DNA of 64,000 nucleotides from Acidobacteriota bacterium (lineage in GTDB: Bacteria > Acidobacteriota > UBA890 > WLXD01), in the NCBI GenBank assembly GCA_963666055.2, contig CAXWPH010000012.1, positions 352,001 through 416,000 on the forward strand, read 5' to 3'. Made by a program: the position numbers and the translations under genes. The notes under the pieces were generated by a model that was not told where the DNA came from, searched no databases, and saw nothing but the letters and a program-made list of their open reading frames with translations. The first letter of the stretch is position 1, and each line of letters begins with the position of its first letter. Below are positions 9,606-19,807 of this stretch, in pieces.

Positions 9606-10465
9606 GGCAATAACCTTTCGATCTTGGTGAGCAGGATGCCGGTCGCTCCGAGCTGCCTCAGTCTGGAGATGACCTCGAAGGCCTCGCTCTGGCCGATCAC
9701 CGCGTGCGCCGCCACCAGGTCTCCGCCATTGAGCAGGTCGATAATCGTCGGGCCGTCGAGCCCAGGCAGTACCCGCCGCACCTCGTCGAGTGCCGAGCGG
9801 GGTACGTTTGCCATCAGGTAGCGTTTGTCCTTCGCCCGCACCACGGACTCGAGGGCGTCGGTTAGATCGCGCACTACGGCGCCACTGCCGTTTCCCTCGG
9901 CGGCCCCCGCTCGGCCCACGAGCACAGCGCTCGACTCCATGACGGTGGTGATCTCGCGCAAGCCATTCGTCTTGAGCGTCGAGCCGGTGGAGACCAGATC
10001 GACGATGATGTCGGCCAGGCCTAGGTGCGGTGCGATCTCGGCAGCCCCGGATACGGGCACCAGCGTGACGCGACGGCCCGCAGCCGAGAAGAAGGCTTCG
10101 CTGCAAGAGGGAAACGATGTCGCCACCGGCGCTCCATCCGGGATGTCCTGGATCGAATGCACGCTGTCTTCGTCGCGTACCGCAACCACCAGGCGACAGC
10201 GGCCGAACTCCAGATCGAGCAGCTCGTGCAACGATCGCCCGCTCTCGCGTACCAGGTCACGGCCGGTAATGCCGAGGTCCGCGGCGCCGTCGGCGACAAA
10301 CTCCGGAATGTCATTGGCACGCACGAACAACGCCAGGAACCGATCGCCGAGCTTCGCCTGCAAGGCTCGCCCGCTTATGTGCGAGAACACGAGTCCCGCC
10401 TCCTTTATGAGCTCGCGAGACGGCTCAGCCAGGCGCCCCTTGTTGGGCAGGGCAATGCGTATCAT
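9602..10465 (-). CDS. hisG: ATP phosphoribosyltransferase (long form with C-terminal regulatory domain)
   Basis: IRIALPNKGRL, DIPEFVADGAADLGITG and DLVSTGSTLKTNGL motifs; GAGGT RBS upstream of ATG 10465. Confidence 0.95.
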   Translation of the reverse strand: MIRIALPNKGRLAEPSRELIKEAGLVFSHISGRALQAKLGDRFLALFVRANDIPEFVADGAADLGITGRDLVRESGRSLHELLDLEFGRCRLVVAVRDEDSVHSIQDIPDGAPVATSFPSCSEAFFSAAGRRVTLVPVSGAAEIAPHLGLADIIVDLVSTGSTLKTNGLREITTVMESSAVLVGRAGAAEGNGSGAVVRDLTDALESVVRAKDKRYLMANVPRSALDEVRRVLPGLDGPTIIDLLNGGDLVAAHAVIGQSEAFEVISRLRQLGATGILLTKIERLLP

Positions 10466-10490
10466 CGGATACCTCGAATCTGTACTCACG

Positions 10491-10527
10491 AAAAAAACCG
10501 CGGCCCGTCGAACTCGACAGGCCGCGG
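10491..10527 (-). terminator. Attenuator terminator of the his operon
   Basis: Minus strand CCGCGGCCTGTCG-AGTT-CGACGGGCCGCGG-TTTTTTT: a 13-bp GC stem plus U7, located between the leader and hisG. Confidence 0.9.
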
Positions 10528-10558
10528 CGGAAGATCTTGTTGATTCGGCGTTACACGA

Positions 10559-10630
10559 TCAGCGCACGCCACCGCCCCGGCCCATGGGGCCGTGATGATG
10601 GTGGTGATGGTAGTGTTCGCCGTTCCACAT
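10559..10630 (-). CDS. hisL: His operon leader peptide MWNGEHYHHHHHHGPMGRGGGVR (23 aa)
   Basis: ATG 10630 to TGA 10559; 7 His codons, 6 of them consecutive, just upstream of the terminator; not in the ORF track. Confidence 0.88.
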   Translation of the reverse strand: MWNGEHYHHHHHHGPMGRGGGVR

Positions 10631-10743
10631 GGTCCGCACAGCGTAGAGCACCACCCCGGGGCACACAAGACCCTCCTGGCGCGGCGGCGCCGTCGCCTGT
10701 AGCCTCAGCGGCCATCGACGTCCATCTAACGAGGAGTGCGCGA

Positions 10744-11043
10744 ATGAGGATGATGCTCAAGGTTACGATTCCGGTAGAAGCGGGGAATGCTGCTATCGCC
10801 GACGGTTCGCTGCCCGGTGCGGTGATGCAGTTCGTGGAGAAAATGCAGCCGGAGGCCTCGTACTTCATCGCAGAAGGTGGCGTGCGCACCGCCCTGTTCT
10901 TCTTCGACATGAAAGATTCGTCCAACCTTCCTTCCATCGCCGAACCGTTCTTCACGAAACTCAAGGCTGGCATCACCGTGACACCGGCGATGGACCTCGC
11001 TGATATGAAGGCCGGCGTCGAGAGGGCGATGACCGACAGTTGA
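10744..11043 (+). CDS. Small conserved hypothetical protein (DUF3303/GYD-like)
   Basis: GAGGAG RBS; MRMMLKVTIPVEAGN...PEASYF..EGGVRTALFFFDM..SS.LP.IAEPFF pattern. Confidence 0.7.
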   Translation: MRMMLKVTIPVEAGNAAIADGSLPGAVMQFVEKMQPEASYFIAEGGVRTALFFFDMKDSSNLPSIAEPFFTKLKAGITVTPAMDLADMKAGVERAMTDS

Positions 11044-11148
11044 GCAGGCTTGCGTACGAGTCCCTCCGCCGCGCGATCAGCGCCGGCGTGGATCAGGGGA
11101 CCATCCGTCTGAGGCGATGAATTTGGATCGATGCGGACTATCGAGCCC

Positions 11149-11874
11149 ATGAGCGAGCTGCACGACTTCGCCAGGAGGTATGCCGGCGCCTGGTGTAGCC
11201 ACGAACCCGCTAGGGTCGCCGAGTTCTATTCGGAGAACGGATCGTTGTGCGTCAACGACGGCGAGCCGGCGGCCGGGCGCGAGGCGATCACCGAGGTGGC
11301 GCAGGGGTTCATGTCCGCTCTCCCGGACATGATGCTACACATGGACGGGCTCGAGCTGGAGGGCGAGCTACCGATCTTCCGCTGGACGCTGGTGGGCACG
11401 AACTCAGGCCCGGGTGGAACCGGCAACCAAGTCCACATCAGCGGCTTCGAACAATGGAGGATCGGCGCCGACGGGCTGATCGACGAGTCACTCGGCAACT
11501 TCGACGCGGCGGAATACGACCGGCAGATCGCACAAGGTGTCGAGCCCGGACCGTCGTTGGCGCGAATCTGGCACGGCTGGACGACACCTGAGAACGCGGA
11601 CGCCTACGAGCGTTTGCTGCGCACCGAGATCTTCCCTGGAATCGCCGCCAAGGGCGTAGCCGGATATCGTGGCGTCCGTCTTTTGCGGCGTATCGTGTCG
11701 GACGACGAGGTCGAGTTCGTCACGATCCTATGGTTCGACGACCTGCCTTCGGTTCGCGAGTTCGCCGGCGTTGACTACGAGACTGCCTACGTTCATGATG
11801 CCGCACGCGAGTTGCTGGCGCGGTTCGACCTGTGCAGCCAGCACTATGATCTTCGTCAACGGCTGAAGTACTGA
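11149..11874 (+). CDS. Fusion of a SnoaL/NTF2-like (ester cyclase) domain and an antibiotic-biosynthesis-monooxygenase-like domain
   Basis: N-half has 'WTLVGTNSGPGGTGNQVHISGFEQW'; C-half has 'ARIWHGWTTPENADAYE...VEFVTILWFDDL.SVREFAG.DYE.AYV'. Confidence 0.7.
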   Translation: MSELHDFARRYAGAWCSHEPARVAEFYSENGSLCVNDGEPAAGREAITEVAQGFMSALPDMMLHMDGLELEGELPIFRWTLVGTNSGPGGTGNQVHISGFEQWRIGADGLIDESLGNFDAAEYDRQIAQGVEPGPSLARIWHGWTTPENADAYERLLRTEIFPGIAAKGVAGYRGVRLLRRIVSDDEVEFVTILWFDDLPSVREFAGVDYETAYVHDAARELLARFDLCSQHYDLRQRLKY

Positions 11875-11935
11875 CGCAGTAGCACGCCAAGCCCCAGCCT
11901 ACGGTTTTCCCTTGCTCGAGCTTGCGGGCGCAACG

Positions 11936-12076
11936 TCAGTCCGACCATCGGCCGTCTTGTGGGTGGAGCGCGAACTCCCGGGCGCCTTCCTCAACCGCCC
12001 AGTCCTCGAGCTCCCGCACGACGCGTTCCCCTAGACCATGGTCTCGGTAGGCCGGTCGAACCGTCATCTGATCGAC
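11936..12076 (-). pseudogene. GNAT acetyltransferase remnant
   Basis: VDQMTVRPAYRDHGLGERVVRELEDWAVEEGAREFAL matches GNAT motif A; an in-frame TAG lies just upstream and an early stop follows. Confidence 0.5.
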
Positions 12077-12219
12077 CTATACGAGGACGTCGTACGGTGA
12101 ACTCGTTGTTCACTGAACCTGTGGAAACCGTTGTTGAAAAACGACGGTCCTCGGGCGGGCGGGCACCAACGCGAGGCTCTGAGCGGTTTGCACCGCTTGC
12201 GGTGCAGTCGGACGGCCTG

Positions 12220-13296
12220 CTAGCGTCCGTTCCATACCCGCCATCGATCGACGACACGTTGTCCGCGAACCACGTAGCACTCCGGAAAGCATGCGGCGGT
12301 CAGACAGGAGTGGTTCGGTAGGATCCGGAGACGTCTACCGACGGGTCGAGGCAGCGACAGCTTGCCATGCTCCTGGCTCAATGAGACCACCTGCAAATCG
12401 TCATCGAGGGTGCCGGCCTCGTAGTCGTCGTAGATCGCTCCCATGCTCGCAGGTGGAAGCCCGGGATCCTGGGAAAGGGCCAACGCGCCCGCGTCGACAA
12501 CCGCGTGGTCACGACTCGACGAGACCACGCTGCTGACAACTGTAAGGGCGCAATCGGCCACGGTGCACGAGCCCAGACGAACCTGCATCAGGTCGAAGTA
12601 GGCGTAGTTTCCGGGACGCGCCTCGCTAATCCCATCGAGGTCGCGGACGGCGGTCATCGATGGGGTCGAGCCCACGCTGAGCGCTGGAACTTCGTAGCCG
12701 GCCGCCCGCAAGCGGTCGGCAACCTCGACCTGGACCCGGCGCTCCTGCTCGGCGGCGGCGGCACGCCCCTCGACGGTGTCGTGATCGTAGGCATCGCCGG
12801 AATGAGACAACAGGCCGGCGAATCGCAGCCGCTCGGCCTCGATCAGGCCAACGAGACGTTCGGCCGTATCGGCGGCAGGATCGATTCCGGAGCGACCGTA
12901 GCCGCAGTCGACCTTGATCCAGGTCTTGAACGGATGCTTGGTTGCCACCAGCGCCTGGGCGGCGTGCATGGAGTCAACGACAACACCGAGCTCAACGCGC
13001 TGCGCCAGCACCTGCGCTTGCGGAATGCGCGACAGAATCAGCGGGAACGCCCAGGTGATGTCATCGAATCCAGCGTCGGCAAATACTTCGGCCTCGTAGA
13101 GCGTCGCCGCGGTGATTCCTCGTGCGCCTGCTTCCACTTGCAGCTTGCCGATCTGGATGCACTTGTGCGCCTTGACATGGGGACGAAGCGACACGCCGAG
13201 CTGCCGCGCGCGGCCGGCCATCGAGCTGATGTTGGCCTCGAGCTTGTCAAGGTCAACGATTAGCGCCGGTGTCGGGAGGTCGTCCAAATTCATCAT
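12220..13296 (-). CDS. D-threonine aldolase / D-serine dehydratase-like PLP enzyme (alanine racemase fold)
   Basis: LPTPALIVD, LRPHVKAHK, KVDCGYGRSG, GSTPS, EARPGNY, SQEHG and PNHSC motifs. Confidence 0.85.
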   Translation of the reverse strand: MMNLDDLPTPALIVDLDKLEANISSMAGRARQLGVSLRPHVKAHKCIQIGKLQVEAGARGITAATLYEAEVFADAGFDDITWAFPLILSRIPQAQVLAQRVELGVVVDSMHAAQALVATKHPFKTWIKVDCGYGRSGIDPAADTAERLVGLIEAERLRFAGLLSHSGDAYDHDTVEGRAAAAEQERRVQVEVADRLRAAGYEVPALSVGSTPSMTAVRDLDGISEARPGNYAYFDLMQVRLGSCTVADCALTVVSSVVSSSRDHAVVDAGALALSQDPGLPPASMGAIYDDYEAGTLDDDLQVVSLSQEHGKLSLPRPVGRRLRILPNHSCLTAACFPECYVVRGQRVVDRWRVWNGR

Positions 13297-13330
13297 GTTC
13301 GCATCCAGTCGTTGATACGATGACGACGGC

Positions 13331-14428
13331 ATGTCGAGACAGATCCTGCACCTGGACCTCGATGCGTTCTACCCCGCCGTCGAAGTTCTCGACGATCCGC
13401 AACTTGCCGGCAAACCGGTCATCGTTGGCGGCCTCGGACGGCGCGGCGTGGTGGCATCGGCCTCGTACGAGGCTCGCGCCATCGGTGTCCACTCGGCACT
13501 ACCGATGGCGATTGCACGACGCCGCTGTCCGGACGGGGTCTACCTGCGGCCCCGATTCGACCGCTACCGCGAACTGTCGGGGTTAGTGTTCGAGATCTAT
13601 CGAGAGTGGACGGACCTCATGCAGCCACTGTCGCTCGACGAGGCCTACCTCGATGTCTCGGAGCGCCCCGAAAGCGGCGTCGAGATCGCCACTATCATCC
13701 GACGGCATGTTCTTGCCCGATCCGGGCTGACCGTCTCGGCCGGCGTGGCAAGTAACAAGTTCCTGGCGAAGCTCGCCTCCGATTTCGACAAGCCGGACGG
13801 CCTGACAGCGATCGCCGATGCCGATGCGGTCGATTTCCTCGCCCCGCTAGACGTCGATCGAATCTGGGGTATCGGACCCTCGACTGCAGCGCGGCTGCGA
13901 GACGCCGGCCTGCCGCGCATCGGCGACTTGGCTGCCGCCGACCCGGAGCGGCTGCGGGAGCTTCTGGGCAAGAACGGCCTGCGCGTCGGCGAGCTGGCGC
14001 GCGGCATTGATACGCGACCGGTATCCAAGCCGGGGCGACCGAAGTCAATCTCCGCCGAAACCACCTTCGACCAGGACATCCGCAGCTGGCGAGAGGCGGC
14101 GCCGCATGTTCGTCGCTTCGCCGAACGAGTCTCTGCATCGCTGGAGCGTCGAGACCTCTGGGCGCGTACCGTCGTGCTCAAGGTACGCTTCCACGACTTT
14201 CGCACCGTGACTCGCTCGCTGACGCCCGGCGATCCGGTACGCAGCAGCGAGCAGTTACGCTCCATCGCGCGTCAGCTGGCCCGCCGTGTTGAGTTGCAAC
14301 CGGGGACCGGTATCCGCCTGATCGGACTCGGGGTCGCCAACCTCGGAAGACTCGAGGAGCTTCCCGTGGGCGCCCAGGCGCAAGCGAGCGCGTTGCCACA
14401 AATGCGCCTTTTCGAGCTCGTCGACTAG
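13331..14428 (+). CDS. dinB: DNA polymerase IV (Y family)
   Basis: ILHLDLDAFYPAVE, SYEAR, SLDEAYLD, NKFLAKLASDFDKPDG and KSISAETTF motifs. Confidence 0.95.
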   Translation: MSRQILHLDLDAFYPAVEVLDDPQLAGKPVIVGGLGRRGVVASASYEARAIGVHSALPMAIARRRCPDGVYLRPRFDRYRELSGLVFEIYREWTDLMQPLSLDEAYLDVSERPESGVEIATIIRRHVLARSGLTVSAGVASNKFLAKLASDFDKPDGLTAIADADAVDFLAPLDVDRIWGIGPSTAARLRDAGLPRIGDLAAADPERLRELLGKNGLRVGELARGIDTRPVSKPGRPKSISAETTFDQDIRSWREAAPHVRRFAERVSASLERRDLWARTVVLKVRFHDFRTVTRSLTPGDPVRSSEQLRSIARQLARRVELQPGTGIRLIGLGVANLGRLEELPVGAQAQASALPQMRLFELVD

Positions 14429-14535
14429 CTCGGCCGCTCGCTGTAGTGTCGTTGGCGGGCGGGCAATAGACTGGGACCCACTCGGCACAGCGGGGCGGAG
14501 TTGGTGGCGTGGCGAGTCGACTGGGAGGGCGAAAC

Positions 14536-15213
14536 ATGGCTTTGGATGTTCTGATCACCGGCGCCAATCGCGGCATCGGGCTCCAGATCGCGCGTCACAT
14601 GTCGCAGCGAGGCGATCGGGTCGTGGCGACGGCCCGCAATCCCGATGCGGCGGATGAGCTGCGCTCCCTCGACGTACGCGTCGAGCCACTCGATGTCACG
14701 AACGCCGACCAGGTTGCGGAACTTGCCGCAGCTCTGCAGCCTGGCGCCTTCGACGTGCTGCTAAACAACGCCGGTGTTGGGGTCCGGGGCCAACCCCTCG
14801 GCAACCTCGACTTCGACAAGATGTTGCGGTTTTTCGACACCAATGCGGTCGGAGCGATGCGCGTTACCGAAGCCCTGTTGCCGCACTTGCGCCGCGGCAA
14901 AGCGCGTAAGGTCATGCACCTCACGAGCCTGATGGGGAGCATCAGCGACAACACCAGCGGTGGTTCCTATGCCTACCGGGCCAGCAAGGCGGCGCTCAAC
15001 ATGCTCAACCGCAGCCTGTCGATCGATCTGGCGGAAGAGGGGTTCATATGCGCCGTTCTGCACCCCGGATGGGTGCAAACGAACATGGGCGGGGCGGCCG
15101 CTCCGACGCCGGTTCGGGAGAGCGCCGCAGGGCTTGTTCACCTGATCGACGGACTCGGCCACGACGACAACGGCGGCTTCTTCGATTTCACCGGGAAAGA
15201 ACTTCCGTGGTGA
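14536..15213 (+). CDS. SDR oxidoreductase, CsgA/C-factor-like
   Basis: ITGANRGIG, LLNNAG, YRASK and LHPGWVQTNMGG motifs. Confidence 0.9.
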   Translation: MALDVLITGANRGIGLQIARHMSQRGDRVVATARNPDAADELRSLDVRVEPLDVTNADQVAELAAALQPGAFDVLLNNAGVGVRGQPLGNLDFDKMLRFFDTNAVGAMRVTEALLPHLRRGKARKVMHLTSLMGSISDNTSGGSYAYRASKAALNMLNRSLSIDLAEEGFICAVLHPGWVQTNMGGAAAPTPVRESAAGLVHLIDGLGHDDNGGFFDFTGKELPW

Positions 15214-15392
15214 GCGCTTCCGAGCCGCAGCTAAAAAAGCAGCCGCAGCCTGAAGAGAGCTTCGACTGGCAGACACATCCGTCGGTGAACACCCCGCGGC
15301 ATTGCCCGTGGTGTGGCATTCAGGCGCTTCACGAGCACCACTGCAAGCAAATTTGCCTGGCGTGCGGGTGGTATCGGTCCTGCGTCGACTGA
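15210..15392 (+). CDS. Small CPxCG-type zinc-finger protein (60 aa)
   Basis: GTG start overlaps the SDR stop (GTGA); CPWCG...HCKQICLACGWYRSCVD. Confidence 0.65.
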   Translation: MSASEPQLKKQPQPEESFDWQTHPSVNTPRHCPWCGIQALHEHHCKQICLACGWYRSCVD

Positions 15393-15417
15393 GCAGAACG
15401 GCGTCCGACCGATAGGC

Positions 15418-16845
<1,428 letters not shown>

Positions 16846-17101
16846 CACGTGCTCCTGCGACCTGGCTGGGTGTCCCCCCCGAGACGAGGCCACGACGATC
16901 ACCGGCAGCAGCCAGTCCGTAGGGGCTTCCGACTCGCGGAAAACCTCATTGTACGGATTTTCCCTTGCAATTGTTCGCCGTACGGCGGCAGCGAGCAGGC
17001 GGACGCGCCAAGCTGCAGACGTCCGGACGCCAGGAAAAACCGCCCCGAGTCGGATAAGGTACAAGGACGGTCAGAATCCCACGAACTGAACACTGAACTG
17101 T

Positions 17102-17380
17102 CTAGCAGGCCGTGGTGAAAGTGTGGTGGATCTGGCGACAGGGTCTTGCGACGTGGAGGCAAGGAGAGAGGAGGAGGCGATGGTTACCCCATCGTTGACG
17201 AGGAACGACGCAGCATGCGCGCGCAACCCCCTGTCGCCCGAAGGGTTACGGCGATTTGGGGCCATTTGCGGCGTTGGCCTTCCTCGACGATGGCTAGGGC
17301 ATCGCCAGTGTCAGGCCGCCTTGCATCTGGCCCCAACTCGCCGTAACCAGACCCACCACACTTTCACCACGGCCTGCTAG
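17102..17380 (+). mobile_element. 279-bp palindromic MITE/REP-like element, copy 1
   Basis: Terminal inverted repeats CTAGCAGGCCGTGGTGAAAGTGTGGTGG...CCACCACACTTTCACCACGGCCTGCTAG with two internal hairpin arms; homologous to 21295-21573 and 63031-63202. Confidence 0.85.
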
Positions 17381-17385
17381 GGCCG

Positions 17386-17799
17386 ATGAGGCGCACGCCG
17401 TCCAGAATTGCGTTGCTGGTGCCCGCCGGCGTCTGCCTAGCGCTCGCGGTCGCTATGGCTGTACAGGTGTCGAACCCACTACGTGAAGATGCCTATTGGC
17501 CGCTGCTCGAGGACGCCCCGAGCCTCGGCGAAGCGGGCTCGCGGGTCGAAGTCTACATAGGAGACCAGCCCCTGTTGCAAGTGGCCGAGGATGGCGAGTT
17601 ACGCCAAGGACCGGGGCATGTTCCGGTTGACCCTGAAGAGCTGAGAATTCGCTTCAACAACTACGAGGGCGTGACTCGCACACAGCTGATGCTGCTTGCT
17701 GCGGCGCTGGGCGCCGGGCTGGCGCTGCTGGTCGCCGGGCTGATGTTGCCTGGGCGCCGCCGGCCTTTGGAGCTCGCCGAGCCGGAGGCGTCGCCATGA
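17386..17799 (+). CDS. Hypothetical membrane protein (2 TM)
   Basis: Hydrophobic segments near both ends; ATGA coupling to the next gene. Confidence 0.65.
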   Translation: MRRTPSRIALLVPAGVCLALAVAMAVQVSNPLREDAYWPLLEDAPSLGEAGSRVEVYIGDQPLLQVAEDGELRQGPGHVPVDPEELRIRFNNYEGVTRTQLMLLAAALGAGLALLVAGLMLPGRRRPLELAEPEASP

Positions 17800-18494
17800 G
17801 CGAGCGGGCGCGGTTCGGTGCCATCACACTCATGCTCATCGGAGCGCTGATCCTGGGCGTCGTGGTGACAGTGGGCAGCATCCAGGCTGACCTGCTAAGG
17901 CGTGCGCAGGCCGCACTGGCCAGCGCCGGCGTTGCCTACTATGGACTGGAATTCGACGGCCGCGACGCGGTCCTGGGTGGCTTCGTGCCGTCGAGCGACC
18001 AGGCTGAACGCATCGTCGCGATCGTCGGCGCCGTGCCCGGTGTGCGTGCGGTGCGCGACCAGCTCATCGTCGAGCGGGTGATCGAGTCCACTCCCACGCT
18101 GGCTCGCGTAGCGCAGGCCGAACTGCGACTGCAGCGATTGGGCTCGAGGCTCGTCATCTCCGGACGTGTATCAGGCATCGACGCACAGAACCTCGTCGAC
18201 GCCGCCCAACGTACGTTTGGCGCCGGCCGTGTGCGCTCCGACCTGCGCGTCGACACCCAGCTCGAGGCGAGCGATTGGATGCTCGATGTCAGTGCATTGG
18301 TTCGGATCATGAACGCCCTGTCGGATACGGGCCGGCTCAGCGTCCGTGGGGACCAGGCCATCCTCGCCGGTCGCGTGCGCGGCAATGCCGAGCGGCGGCG
18401 CATAGACGAATTGGCGTCGTTGATCCCGGCGCTATGCTGGCGCTTCGAACTGTTCAACGCCCGTGGCGGTACAGCCGGCGGAGGCGACGCGTGA
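17796..18494 (+). CDS. Membrane-anchored BON-domain protein (ArfA-like, no OmpA domain)
   Basis: N-terminal TM, then 'FDGRDAVLGG.VP.....AE....IV.AVPGVRAVRDQL' BON pattern. Confidence 0.7.
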   Translation: MSERARFGAITLMLIGALILGVVVTVGSIQADLLRRAQAALASAGVAYYGLEFDGRDAVLGGFVPSSDQAERIVAIVGAVPGVRAVRDQLIVERVIESTPTLARVAQAELRLQRLGSRLVISGRVSGIDAQNLVDAAQRTFGAGRVRSDLRVDTQLEASDWMLDVSALVRIMNALSDTGRLSVRGDQAILAGRVRGNAERRRIDELASLIPALCWRFELFNARGGTAGGGDA

Positions 18495-19807
18495 CCTGGC
18501 TACTGGTACAGATCGGTCTGTGCTTGCTGCTCGCAGCGCTGGCCGGTTGGTTCGTCGGCTGGTCGATGCGAGGGTTTCGGGAGATCGATCAGGTCGAGGA
18601 TCTGCGTCAGACCCTCAGCGCTACGGTCGACGTAAAGGATCGCGAGTTGTCAGAGTCGTCTCGGCAAGTGGAAAGCCTGCGGTCGCGAAGCGACGCGCTA
18701 GAGCGTACGAACCGTAGCCTCGAGGCCAAGCTCGACGAGAAGACATCGAAGGCCCCCCCACCGGAGGCCCCGCCACGGTCGATGCTGGTGCCGCCAGTGC
18801 GTCGAGCGGTGCCCGAGACGATTCCCGAGCGCTCGCGGGGCGGAGCCGCGGTGGAGGTGCTGGAGGACGCTCGGCAGCGGCGGGATGCCCGTAACGACCT
18901 CGCCGGCGAGCGCCGATTGCGCGCCACAGCAGAAACGGAGCTACGCGAGAAAGCGTCAACACTGCTCTCCCTACGCTCGGAGATCGAGAGCCTTCGAGGC
19001 GCCGTCGATGAGCGTGCCGCGCGTATCGTCAAGCTGGAAAGCCGCATGATCGAGCTCGAGCCGCTCGAGGAAAAGCTGCGGCGCAGTGAGGCAAGGGTAG
19101 AGAAGCTTCAGGTGGCGGCAGTGCCTGCGCCTCCTCCGGCGCAGGAGACCACATCAGGTGCGCTGCAAGAGCAACTGAACACGCGCGAGATCCGTATCAA
19201 TGAGCTCCGCGCGCGCGTCAACGACCTGCGCGCCGAGCTCGACACGGCGCGCCACGAGCACCGACGTGCCAACCGAGCGCTCACCGATAGCAACGCCAGC
19301 ACGGCCCGGCTGCAGCACGAACAGGACGAGTCAACGCGCCAGCTTCAGCGACAGATCGAACGCAACCGAAAGCAGGAGTCGGTGCACCGTTCCGTCGTAG
19401 AGAACCTGCACCGCGAGCTCGAAACACTGCGCGGTGAGGCCCGCAACGCACTGTCGATCCGCAAGGAGCTCGAATCAGGCAGGAGTACAGGTACCGACAA
19501 CAGCGAACACTGGCGGGAAGCGCTTGCCGAGCGCGAGTCGCAGATCATCGCGTATCGCCGTCGGCTGGCCGACCTCGAGGAAGAGCAACATCCGCCGCTT
19601 CCAAAATCGGACCACGACGACCTCAAGCTCATCGCAGGGATCGGGCCGGCCTTCGAGCGACTGCTGAGCAAGAACGGGGTCACGCACGTCGCGCAGATCG
19701 CCCAGTGGACCCCCGACGACGTCGAACGCATCGCCAAGGCGCTCGGGACCAACGTCAAGCGAATCGTTCGCGGAAACTGGGTAGAGTCGGCCCGCAAGCT
19801 ACGCTGA
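18491..19807 (+). CDS. Membrane-anchored coiled-coil protein with C-terminal helix-hairpin-helix-like domain (ArfC/NADH-dehydrogenase-E-tail-like)
   Basis: GTG overlaps the upstream stop; TM 'WLLVQIGLCLLLAALAGWFVGW', long heptad region, 'DDLKLIAGIGPAFERLLSKNGV...QIAQWT...WVESARKL'. Confidence 0.7.
   Translation: MTWLLVQIGLCLLLAALAGWFVGWSMRGFREIDQVEDLRQTLSATVDVKDRELSESSRQVESLRSRSDALERTNRSLEAKLDEKTSKAPPPEAPPRSMLVPPVRRAVPETIPERSRGGAAVEVLEDARQRRDARNDLAGERRLRATAETELREKASTLLSLRSEIESLRGAVDERAARIVKLESRMIELEPLEEKLRRSEARVEKLQVAAVPAPPPAQETTSGALQEQLNTREIRINELRARVNDLRAELDTARHEHRRANRALTDSNASTARLQHEQDESTRQLQRQIERNRKQESVHRSVVENLHRELETLRGEARNALSIRKELESGRSTGTDNSEHWREALAERESQIIAYRRRLADLEEEQHPPLPKSDHDDLKLIAGIGPAFERLLSKNGVTHVAQIAQWTPDDVERIAKALGTNVKRIVRGNWVESARKLR

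Noticed and set aside
9606-10106. N-terminal 167 aa of the 976-aa ORF
   Set aside because: It overlaps hisG out of frame; the real start is the coupled ATG at 9605.
13297-13311. Possible LexA box (GTTC-N7-GTTC) before dinB
   Set aside because: The second half-site (GTCG) matches poorly.
17123-17380. Similar short ORFs inside the repeat copies (also 21295-21522)
   Set aside because: The similarity follows from the DNA repeat; there are no transposase motifs and copy 3 breaks the frame.
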